Assembly (NCBI GenBank): GCA_002728855.1
Contig: PBWA01000038.1
Span: 2,838-66,837 of the forward strand
Direction of reading: 5' to 3'
Source: Flavobacteriaceae bacterium
GTDB taxonomy: Bacteria; Bacteroidota; Bacteroidia; Flavobacteriales; Flavobacteriaceae
Length of the DNA: 64,000 bases
Positions 27,220 to 35,349 of the stretch are shown in pieces. Numbering within the stretch: the first letter of the stretch is position 1; each line of letters opens with the position of its first letter. The notes below the pieces were generated by a model, which did not search any database, had not been told where the DNA came from, and saw only the letters and a program-made list of their open reading frames with translations. The translations under genes were made by a program, and so were the position numbers.

Positions 27220-28284
27220 TTATTTAATTAGGAAAATTTTTAACATTTTAATATATATCTCTATCCCCTCTTTAATTTCATTGACATAGATATATTCATT
27301 AGCAGTATGAGATCTTGTGGAAAGTCCAGGACCCATTTTTAATGAGGGGCAATTCAAAGAGGCTTGGTCTGAAAGAGTTGGAGATCCATATGTTTTTCTG
27401 CCAAGTTTAATACCTGATTTAATTAGCTCATGATCTTTATTAATTGAAGAAGAACCAAGTCTTAGCGACCTTGGTGTTAATTTGCAAGGAGCTTTTTCAA
27501 TTAATATCTCGGAGATTTCTTCATTGCTATACATATCATTTACACGAACATCAATAACTAGATTAACTTTTGCAGGCACGACATTATGTTGAACTCCCGC
27601 TTCAACTTGTGTTACAGTTATTTTTACAGGACCTAATAAATCGGATTTTTTATCAAATGAAAAATTATTAAACCAATTTAAAATTTTAGGTAATTTCATA
27701 ATCGAACTATCATGATTTTCATGAGCAGCATGACTTGGTTCACCATTAATGACCCCATCAAACACAATAAGTCCTCTTTCTGCAATGGCTAAATTCATTT
27801 CTGTGGGTTCCCCTACAATTGCCAAATCAATTTTAGGAAGTTTAGGGATTAAGCTACTTAATCCATTTTTTCCAGCAACCTCTTCTTCCCCTGTTGCTGC
27901 AATAATTATATTGTATTTTAGATTGTCATAGTCATAGTAGAAAGTGAATAAAGCTATCAGAGAAACTAATGCTCCTCCGGCATCATTACTTCCTAGTCCA
28001 AATAATTTGCCATCTTCAATTTCAGCCTTATAAGGGTTTTTTGTGTATGCAGAATTAGGTCTAACCGTATCATGATGGGAGTTTAAAAGAAGAGTAGGTT
28101 TATTGGGGTCATAAAATTTGTTTTTCGCCCATACATTGTTATTTGTTCTTTTATAATCTATTTTATTGTCTAAAAACCATTTTTCAATTCTATTTGCAGT
28201 TTTATCCTCCATTCCGGAGAATGATTTAATACTTATCAAGTCCTTTAATAAGTCAACAGCTTTTTCTTTAAGTTCTTTTTTCAT
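27220..28284 (-). CDS. argE: M20 family deacylase (ArgE-like; acetyl- or succinyl-ornithine/citrulline deacylase)
   Basis: M20 motifs 'LNSHHDTV' and 'GEEE'. Start trimmed to ATG 28284 (MKKELKEK), 1 nt after the argB stop; the track start at 28314 lies inside argB. Confidence 0.8.
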   Translation of the reverse strand: MKKELKEKAVDLLKDLISIKSFSGMEDKTANRIEKWFLDNKIDYKRTNNNVWAKNKFYDPNKPTLLLNSHHDTVRPNSAYTKNPYKAEIEDGKLFGLGSNDAGGALVSLIALFTFYYDYDNLKYNIIIAATGEEEVAGKNGLSSLIPKLPKIDLAIVGEPTEMNLAIAERGLIVFDGVINGEPSHAAHENHDSSIMKLPKILNWFNNFSFDKKSDLLGPVKITVTQVEAGVQHNVVPAKVNLVIDVRVNDMYSNEEISEILIEKAPCKLTPRSLRLGSSSINKDHELIKSGIKLGRKTYGSPTLSDQASLNCPSLKMGPGLSTRSHTANEYIYVNEIKEGIEIYIKMLKIFLIK

Positions 28285-28285
28285 C

Positions 28286-29059
28286 TTATAACTTAACTTT
28301 AGTATAAGGCTCATTTCCGCTAATAATTTTTGGCGACCCTATTTTAACTATTTCAACACCGTTAACCAATGCATTAAAACAATTATCAATTTTTGGAATC
28401 ATCCCTGATTTAATAATTCCTTTTGACTTTAAGTTTAAATATGAAGCAGGAGTAATTAATTCAACTAATTTTTCTTCTGATTCATCAATTTTTAAAACAC
28501 CTATTTTTTCAAAACAATATAATAAAGAAACACTATAGAGTTTTGATAGTTCAATTGCTAAAGCTGATGCAATAGTATCAGCATTTGTATTTAAAAGTTG
28601 ACCGTTCCCATCATGAGATATAGCGCAGCATACAGGTGTTATTTTGTTTTCAAGTAATAATTTAAATAGATCAGTATTTATTTTATCAATATCCCCAACA
28701 AATCCATAATCAATTTCTTTAATTGGTCTTTTAACAGCTGATATTGAATTACCATCAGCCCCAGAAATTCCTATTGCATTGCAATTCAAGCCCTGGAGCT
28801 TACCGACAATAAATTTATTTATTTTTCCGGCATAAATCATTGTTGTTACTTCCAGACTTGATAAATCTGTAATTCTTCTACCATCAATTATATTTACATT
28901 AACACCTAATTTTTTAGCTAGATTTGATGCATCTTTTCCTCCTCCATGAACTAAAATTTTACCTCCTTTTAATTTTGCAAAATCATTGAGAAAACTATCA
29001 AACAAAATAGAATCTTCAATAACATTACCTCCAATTTTAATAACCTTAAGCTCATTCAT
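28286..29059 (-). CDS. argB: Acetylglutamate kinase family
   Basis: 'VIKIGGNVIED','VHGGG' and 'LNTNADT'. Confidence 0.9.
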   Translation of the reverse strand: MNELKVIKIGGNVIEDSILFDSFLNDFAKLKGGKILVHGGGKDASNLAKKLGVNVNIIDGRRITDLSSLEVTTMIYAGKINKFIVGKLQGLNCNAIGISGADGNSISAVKRPIKEIDYGFVGDIDKINTDLFKLLLENKITPVCCAISHDGNGQLLNTNADTIASALAIELSKLYSVSLLYCFEKIGVLKIDESEEKLVELITPASYLNLKSKGIIKSGMIPKIDNCFNALVNGVEIVKIGSPKIISGNEPYTKVKL

Positions 29060-29999
29060 TTTCTATAAGTTTTTTCAAAATTAGCTGCGTAGCATAAACT
29101 CTGTTTCGAGCTTGTTGTATTACAAGTGAATTTGGACTTTCAATAACAGAGTCTGAAACTATAATATTTCTCCTTACTGGAAGACAGTGCATAAATTTCG
29201 CATTATTTGTTAAGTTCATTTTTTTGGAAGTAATTTTCCAACTTGAATCATTCTTTAATATTTTGCCATAATTTTTATATGAGCACCAGTTTTTTGCATA
29301 TACAAAATCTGCATTTTTAAGGGCCTCTTCTTGATCTGTTGTTGTGTTAACTTGACCTTCAATTTTTGAATTTAAGTGATAACCCTCTGGCCTAGATATT
29401 ACAAAATCGGCATTGATTTTTTTTATCATTTTCACAAACGAGTTTGCAACTGCATGAGGGAGAGGCTTAGGATGAGGAGCCCAAGTTAAAACAACTTTAG
29501 GACGATTTGTTTTCTTATGTTCTTTAATTGTAATTGCATCAGCTAAAGCTTGTAATGGATGCGCAGTTGCACTTTCCATATTAATAATTGGAACACTAGA
29601 GTATTTACAGAAACTATTAATCACCAATTCACTCTCATCAGCTTCTTTATCATTTAACGAAGCAAATGCTCTTATTGCAATTATATCACAGTATTGCGAA
29701 ATTACTGATGCTGCTTCTTTAACATGTTCAGAAGAGGAACCATTCATTTCAACGCCATTCTGAAATTCTAATTTCCAACCTTCATCATTGAAATTCATCA
29801 CCATTGTATTAAAACCTAAATTTTGCGCAGCCTTTTGGGTACTTAATCTAGTTCTGAGACTGGGGTTAAAAAACAACATTGCTAATGATTTATTTTTTCC
29901 TAATGAATTAAATTTTAAGGAATTATTTTTAAGATCTATTGCCTCGGATACTGATTTTTCAAAATCAGATAAATCATCTATGGAAATGAAGTTTTTCAT
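29052..29999 (-). CDS. argF': N-acyl-L-ornithine carbamoyltransferase (argF'-type: N-succinyl- or N-acetylornithine transcarbamylase)
   Basis: The carbamoyl-phosphate motif 'SLRTR' is present but canonical OTCase ornithine-binding motifs are absent. Context is a GNAT-headed Bacteroidota arg operon. Confidence 0.8.
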   Translation of the reverse strand: MKNFISIDDLSDFEKSVSEAIDLKNNSLKFNSLGKNKSLAMLFFNPSLRTRLSTQKAAQNLGFNTMVMNFNDEGWKLEFQNGVEMNGSSSEHVKEAASVISQYCDIIAIRAFASLNDKEADESELVINSFCKYSSVPIINMESATAHPLQALADAITIKEHKKTNRPKVVLTWAPHPKPLPHAVANSFVKMIKKINADFVISRPEGYHLNSKIEGQVNTTTDQEEALKNADFVYAKNWCSYKNYGKILKNDSSWKITSKKMNLTNNAKFMHCLPVRRNIIVSDSVIESPNSLVIQQARNRVYATQLILKKLIENE

Positions 30000-31117
30000 A
30001 TCAATTCATTTAATGCTTTAAAGAATTTATCTAAGTCATTTCTTTTAATATTTAATGGAGGTAAAATTCTCAAAAGATTTTTATTTGAACTGCCTCCAGT
30101 GAAAATATGCTTTTTATAAATTAAATCATCTCTAAGATTTTTAACTTCAAAATTAAATTCAAGACCAAGCATTAATCCTCTTCCTTTAACTTTAATCCCA
30201 TTGATTTTTGAGATAGACTTTCTAAAATATTTTTCCATTTTACTAGCATTTTTCATTAGTTTTTCCTTTTTAATTACATTTAAAACAGCAAGGGAACTGG
30301 AGCAAGCTAGATGGTTGCCTCCAAAGGTACTTCCTAAAAGGCCATGTTCTTCCTTTATTTTATCAGAAACAAGAATTCCTCCAATAGGAAATCCATTTCC
30401 CATTCCTTTTGCAATTGTTATAATATCAGGATTAATTTTATGTTTCTGAAACGCAAAGAAGTCTCCAGTTCTTCCAAAACCTGATTGTACTTCATCAGCT
30501 ATTAGTAAAGCCCCATATTTTAAGCACAAACTCTCGACATCTTTCATGTATTTAGTAGTGGGTTCATCTAATCCTCCAACTCCTTGAATTGACTCAATAA
30601 TTATAGCGCATACATCATTTTTAATTAGTTCTTTTTCTATAAGTTTTGTTTGATCGAAAGGCAAAAATGAAACATCTACTTGAGAGCTTAACTTTGATTG
30701 AATTTTATTATTATCAGTACAGGCGATAGCTGCACAGGATCTTCCGTGAAAAGAATTTTTAAAAGCTATTATTCTTCTTTTCTTTGTTTTATATGATGCA
30801 AGCTTTAAGGCATTTTCAATGGCTTCTGCTCCACTATTACAATAAAACATTTTATATTCCTTAACACCAGAGAGTTTTATGATTTTTTTTGATAATTTTT
30901 CCTGTAGCTCATTTACAATATAATTAGAGTAAAAACCTATTTTATTTAATTGCTTTGTCAAAGCATTTATGTAGACAGGATGACTATGACCAATTGAAAT
31001 TACAGCATGACCTCCGTATAAGTCAAGATATTTAATGTTTTTATCATCATAAACGTAACATCCCTCTCCATATTTTGGTTTAACATTGTACAAGGGATAA
31101 ACTTCAAATAAACTCAT
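29996..31117 (-). CDS. argD: Class III aminotransferase (acyl-ornithine aminotransferase)
   Basis: 'LIADEVQSGFGRTG' and 'TIAKGMGNGFP' (PLP Lys). Confidence 0.9.
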   Translation of the reverse strand: MSLFEVYPLYNVKPKYGEGCYVYDDKNIKYLDLYGGHAVISIGHSHPVYINALTKQLNKIGFYSNYIVNELQEKLSKKIIKLSGVKEYKMFYCNSGAEAIENALKLASYKTKKRRIIAFKNSFHGRSCAAIACTDNNKIQSKLSSQVDVSFLPFDQTKLIEKELIKNDVCAIIIESIQGVGGLDEPTTKYMKDVESLCLKYGALLIADEVQSGFGRTGDFFAFQKHKINPDIITIAKGMGNGFPIGGILVSDKIKEEHGLLGSTFGGNHLACSSSLAVLNVIKKEKLMKNASKMEKYFRKSISKINGIKVKGRGLMLGLEFNFEVKNLRDDLIYKKHIFTGGSSNKNLLRILPPLNIKRNDLDKFFKALNELI

Positions 31118-31125
31118 AATAAATT

Positions 31126-32112
31126 TTAAAAAAATGAACTTTTCAACTTTAAACCCAAATTTTCTTCTAAATCAAACATTAAATTCATGTTTTGAATTGC
31201 TTGACCCGCAGCACCCTTGATTAAATTATCGATTATTGAGGTTATTAAAATCCTCTCTCCATCTTTTTTTAGATGAATTATACAGTTGTTAGTATTTATA
31301 ACTTGTTTCAAATCAATTTGATTCTCAGAAATATGAACAAAGTTTGAATCTTTAAAATAGTTGTTATAAAGCGTTTTAATCTCATCAATGTTTAGTTTAT
31401 TTTTAAAATACATGGTGCAAAAAATACCTCTAGTAAAATTTCCTCTAATCGGTATGAATACTATATCATGTTTTTTATAATTAAGAGAATTTAAATTTAA
31501 ATTTATTTCTTTGAGATGTTGATGATTAAATGATTTATACCATGAAATGTTATTATTTCTCCAACTGAAATGTGATGTGTCTGAAAGTTTAACTCCCGCT
31601 CCAGTACTTCCAGTTATTGCATTAATATTAACGTCTCCATATAAATGATTATTGATAGCAAAAGGTAAAAGACCTAACTGAATAGCAGTTGCAAAGCATC
31701 CAGGATTTGCGATTGAACAGGATTTTATTATCTCATCTTTATTTAGCTCTGGTAGACCGTAAATAAATTTTCTTTTACTGTGTGTCGAATTCAATCGAAA
31801 GTCTTGACTTAGATCAATTATTTTAATCTTTTTATCAATTTTATTCTTTTCAAGAAACTTTTTAGACTTACCATGTGCAACACATAAGAATAAAAGATCT
31901 ACTTTTTCATTTATTTTATCGGTAAATTTTATTTTAGTTTGACCAATTAAATCCTTGTGAACCTCAATAACGTACTTCCCTTGATTAGTTTTACTATGAA
32001 TAAATACTAATTCTACTTTTGAATGATTCATTAATAATCTTATCAACTCTCCTCCAGTATATCCTGAACCTCCTATTATTCCTACTTTAATCTTATTTTT
32101 TTGAATGGACAT
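31126..32112 (-). CDS. argC: N-acyl-gamma-glutamyl-phosphate reductase
   Basis: 'KVGIIGGSGYTGGELIRLL' and active-site 'NPGCFATA'. Start trimmed to MSIQKNK (32112); the track's 31-codon extension runs into argG. Confidence 0.9.
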   Translation of the reverse strand: MSIQKNKIKVGIIGGSGYTGGELIRLLMNHSKVELVFIHSKTNQGKYVIEVHKDLIGQTKIKFTDKINEKVDLLFLCVAHGKSKKFLEKNKIDKKIKIIDLSQDFRLNSTHSKRKFIYGLPELNKDEIIKSCSIANPGCFATAIQLGLLPFAINNHLYGDVNINAITGSTGAGVKLSDTSHFSWRNNNISWYKSFNHQHLKEINLNLNSLNYKKHDIVFIPIRGNFTRGIFCTMYFKNKLNIDEIKTLYNNYFKDSNFVHISENQIDLKQVINTNNCIIHLKKDGERILITSIIDNLIKGAAGQAIQNMNLMFDLEENLGLKLKSSFF

Positions 32113-33277
32113 ATTGAAAAATTTTATTTTGGTTTGATGATATTTTGATGAATCCTTTGACATCTTCTGGGCCCCATTTTGAGCTGGATTCCCCATATGA
32201 TGCAAAACGACTGGACATTAAATCATATTTAGAATTAATACCTTCTAGTTCGAATCTTTTTGGATAAAGCGTAATTAAAACTTCACCCGAGACATTTTTT
32301 TGTGAACTTTTTAAAAACACCTCTATGTCTCTTACAACAGGATCTAAAAATTGCCCTTCATGTAATAGCATTCCATAAAAACTTGATAGTTGTTCCTTTT
32401 GATATTGTTGCCATTTTGTTAAGGTGTGCTTTTCTAGTAAATGATGGGATTTTATAATTACTAATGGCCCTCCAGCTTCAAATCCAACTCTACCTTTAAT
32501 TCCTATGATGGTATCGCCAACGTGTGTATCTCTTCCAATTCCAAATTGACTGCATAGTGAAGATAGTTTTTCAATAATTTTAACTGGGCTCATTTTTTTT
32601 CCATTAAGTTTGAAAACTTCTCCTTTGTAAAAGGTGAGAGTAATTTTTTTACAATCATTTGTTTGTGAAACTTTAGCAAATGCTTTTTCAGGAAGAGCCT
32701 TATTTGAGGTCAAAGTTTCATCTCCTCCAATTGTTGTACCCCATAAACCTTTATTTATCGAATATTTAGCTTTACTCCATTTTATTTTCACACCCTTTTT
32801 CTCTAAATACTTTATTTCATTCTTTCTGGATATATTTCTATCCCTTATAGGAGTAACTATTTTGATTTCAGGTGCTAATATTTGAAAAATCATATCAAAT
32901 CTTACTTGATCATTTCCTGCTCCAGTACTTCCATGAGCAACTAATTTTATATTATTTTCTTTTGCATACTTGATAATTTCAATTGCCTGAATTATTCTTT
33001 CAGCGCTTACTGATAATGGATAATTGTTGTTTCTTAGGACATTGCCATAAATCAAATATCTAATTATCTTTTCATAGTAAGTTTTCTTTGATTTTATCGA
33101 TTTATATTTTTTTGCTCCAATTAAAACTGCTCTTTTTTTTATTTTACTTTTTTCTAAATCTGAAAAGCCACCGGTATCAATTGTTATTGCATGAACTTCA
33201 TATTGATCTTCTGAAAACTTTTTCAGACAATATGATGTATCAAGTCCTCCACTGTATGCTAAAACTATTTTTTTCAT
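32093..33277 (-). CDS. argG: Argininosuccinate synthase
   Basis: 'VLAYSGGLDTS' and 'AHGSTGAGNDQVRFD'. Confidence 0.95.
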   Translation of the reverse strand: MKKIVLAYSGGLDTSYCLKKFSEDQYEVHAITIDTGGFSDLEKSKIKKRAVLIGAKKYKSIKSKKTYYEKIIRYLIYGNVLRNNNYPLSVSAERIIQAIEIIKYAKENNIKLVAHGSTGAGNDQVRFDMIFQILAPEIKIVTPIRDRNISRKNEIKYLEKKGVKIKWSKAKYSINKGLWGTTIGGDETLTSNKALPEKAFAKVSQTNDCKKITLTFYKGEVFKLNGKKMSPVKIIEKLSSLCSQFGIGRDTHVGDTIIGIKGRVGFEAGGPLVIIKSHHLLEKHTLTKWQQYQKEQLSSFYGMLLHEGQFLDPVVRDIEVFLKSSQKNVSGEVLITLYPKRFELEGINSKYDLMSSRFASYGESSSKWGPEDVKGFIKISSNQNKIFQYVHSKK

Positions 33278-33279
33278 AA

Positions 33280-33807
33280 TTATTTTTCTTTTGGATCATG
33301 AATCATTCCAGTACAAAGACACATTTTTCTGTTCGTTCTTGTTAGGACGTCATAATTTTTACATGTTTTACAACCATTCCAAAATTCAGGATCATCCGTT
33401 AATTCTGAGAAAGGCACAGGCTTATAACCTAGAGAATAATTTATTTTCATGACTGCTAGCCCAGTTGTAATTCCAAAAATTTTTGCATTTGGATATTTCT
33501 TTTTTGAGTGAATAAATGTTTTTGTTTTGATTTTTTTCGCTAATCCTAAACCTCTGTATTTCGGTGAGACTATTAATCCAGAATGAGCTACATATTTTCC
33601 ATGACCCCATATTTCTATATAGCAGAATCCAACGAATTTTTCTCCATCAAGACATATGATTGCGTTTTGATTTTCAATTTTTTTAACAATATATTCTGGA
33701 GTTCTCAATGCAATCCCTGTATCTCTAGCTTTTGCTGAAGATTCAATATTCTTTGAAATTATGTTAGCATATTTGATATGCTTATTTGAAGCGATTAAAA
33801 TATCCAA
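33280..33807 (-). CDS. GNAT N-acyltransferase heading the arg operon (ArgA-substitute candidate) with a C-terminal Cys cluster
   Basis: GNAT 'SPKYRGLGLAKKI' acyl-CoA loop. TTG start. C-terminal 'CKTCKNYDVLTRTNRKMCLC'. Confidence 0.75.
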   Translation of the reverse strand: MDILIASNKHIKYANIISKNIESSAKARDTGIALRTPEYIVKKIENQNAIICLDGEKFVGFCYIEIWGHGKYVAHSGLIVSPKYRGLGLAKKIKTKTFIHSKKKYPNAKIFGITTGLAVMKINYSLGYKPVPFSELTDDPEFWNGCKTCKNYDVLTRTNRKMCLCTGMIHDPKEK

Positions 33808-33828
33808 GATTAATGTTTAAAAAATTAA

Positions 33829-33869
33829 CGAAAATAGAATTAAAATGAAACCGGACTCACCTGGGTTTC
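33829..33869 (-). terminator. Candidate attenuator/terminator hairpin in the arg leader
   Basis: Minus-sense GAAACC-CAGGUGAGUCC-GGUUUC followed by AUUUUAAUUCUAUUUU. The 5' arm GAAACCC can alternatively pair with the upstream GGG..UUUCU segment. The stem is only 6 bp. Confidence 0.3.
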
Positions 33870-33959
33870 TTATACAGAAATACACCCTAGCGGGCGGGCA
33901 CGAAGAAAAGCACGTCTTAGATGCTTTGTACTATTAATATATCTGTTTTTAAAATTCAC
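33870..33959 (-). promoter_or_regulatory. Candidate 29-codon Arg-rich leader ORF (GTG start): MNFKNRYINSTKHLRRAFLRARPLGCISV
   Basis: Hand translation gives 5 Arg codons, 4 of them within 8 codons. The stop UAA sits inside the alternative hairpin. Weakness: the GTG lies only 4 nt after the -7 box. Confidence 0.2.
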
Positions 33960-33963
33960 ATAG

Positions 33964-33971
33964 CAAATATA
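33964..33971 (-). promoter_or_regulatory. Candidate -7 box TATATTTG for the arg operon, giving a leader of roughly 150 nt
   Basis: Fits TAnnTTTG on the minus strand. Confidence 0.45.
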
Positions 33972-34028
33972 TAATTTTTTTATTAAAGCTTTAGAAATGA
34001 TTTTTTAAACTGTAAGTATTAAATTTGT

Positions 34029-35339
34029 ATGATGATTAGAAGATTTAAAGAACAGCTTTCTTCTCTTGATATTTCTTTAAGCGACAACTGTCTATTAGCT
34101 ATAAGTGGAGGTGTTGATAGCATGGTATTAATTGATTTATTCTGTAAATCAAAAATACCTTTCTCTGTAGCTCATTGTAATTTTAATCTTAGAGGGAAAG
34201 AAAGTATTAATGATGCTTCTTTCATTTCTTCATTTTCCAGAAAAATAGATTGTGATTTTTTTGAATCAAACCTCTCAACTGAGTTTTATTCAAAACATAA
34301 AAAAATTTCAATCCAAATGGCGGCGAGAAAATTGAGATATTCATGGTTTAATGACCTGCTACAAATTCATGGTTTTTCAAAAATAATAACAGCACATCAC
34401 TTAGATGATAGCCTTGAAACATTTATTATTAATTTATCCAGAGGTACTGGCTTAAAGGGTTTATTAGGTATACCTGCTCAGAAGAATAATATATACAGAC
34501 CAATGCTTATTTTTAGTAAAGAACACATTATTAATTACGCAAAAAAAAATAAAATTAAATGGAGAGAAGATAGTTCAAATAATAAGCTGGACTACTACAG
34601 AAATTTTATCAGACAAGATATTACATCCAAATTAAAATCAACTAAACCAAGCTTTTTAGAGAATTTTAATAGTACTGTTAAAAAATTGGCAAGTTCATAT
34701 AAAGCTTCTAAAATATTAGTTCAAAAATTTATGGACACCTATTTTTTAAAGGTTGGCGATCATATTGAAATTAATATAAATGCCTTGAAATCTTTAGATC
34801 CTATTGAGTTTTACTTGTTTGAAATTTTTTCTGAATATGGATTTACTGATATTGATTCACTTAAATATCTGCCTAACTCTCAATCAGGAAAATATTTAGA
34901 ATCAGATTCATATCGTTTAATAAAAGATCGTAAGGTTTTGATTTTAATTAAAAAGAAAAATAAAGAAACTGAGAATTATTTTATTGATAACACAACTAGT
35001 TCTATTGATAAGCCAATATCTTTGAATTTTGATCATGGAGTTAATGTTAATTCTCTAAAAAAAAATCAAGCGTATTTATCTTTTGATAAATTAAATTTCC
35101 CATTAACTCTAAGAAAATGGTCAAACGGAGATTTTTTTTATCCAACCGGAATGAATGGAAAAAAAATGATTAGTAAATACTTTAAAGATGAAAAGTATTC
35201 AAAAATTGAGAAAGAGAGTCAATGGCTATTATGCTCAGGGGAAAACATTGTTTGGGTGATTGGAAAAAGATGTGACAGACGTTTCATTGCAAAGTCTAAT
35301 CCAAAAAACTCTTATTTAATAACTCTTAAAACACAATGA
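34029..35339 (+). CDS. tilS: tRNA(Ile)-lysidine synthase
   Basis: PP-loop 'AISGGVDSMVL' and 'HHLDDSLETF'. Confidence 0.9.
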   Translation: MMIRRFKEQLSSLDISLSDNCLLAISGGVDSMVLIDLFCKSKIPFSVAHCNFNLRGKESINDASFISSFSRKIDCDFFESNLSTEFYSKHKKISIQMAARKLRYSWFNDLLQIHGFSKIITAHHLDDSLETFIINLSRGTGLKGLLGIPAQKNNIYRPMLIFSKEHIINYAKKNKIKWREDSSNNKLDYYRNFIRQDITSKLKSTKPSFLENFNSTVKKLASSYKASKILVQKFMDTYFLKVGDHIEININALKSLDPIEFYLFEIFSEYGFTDIDSLKYLPNSQSGKYLESDSYRLIKDRKVLILIKKKNKETENYFIDNTTSSIDKPISLNFDHGVNVNSLKKNQAYLSFDKLNFPLTLRKWSNGDFFYPTGMNGKKMISKYFKDEKYSKIEKESQWLLCSGENIVWVIGKRCDRRFIAKSNPKNSYLITLKTQ

Positions 35340-35349
35340 ACAATTAATT

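Noticed and set aside
31126-32205. N-terminal extensions in track ORFs: argC 32205, argE 28314, leuD 52162, ilvB 44919, CotH 5718, ALDH 43043
   Set aside because: The extensions run into the upstream gene and precede the conserved N-terminal motifs. I chose internal ATGs that give short gaps or overlaps instead.
33840-33930. Possible SRP (4.5S) RNA, because the minus-sense ACCCAGGTGAGTCCGG resembles the CCAGGUCAGGUCCGG of domain IV
   Set aside because: The obligatory GGAAGCAGC partner strand and the closing helix are absent. I reinterpreted the element as part of the arg leader.
34020-34027. TAAATTTG (a TAnnTTTG match) just before tilS
   Set aside because: It ends 1 nt before the ATG, so it cannot serve as the -7 box for this start codon.
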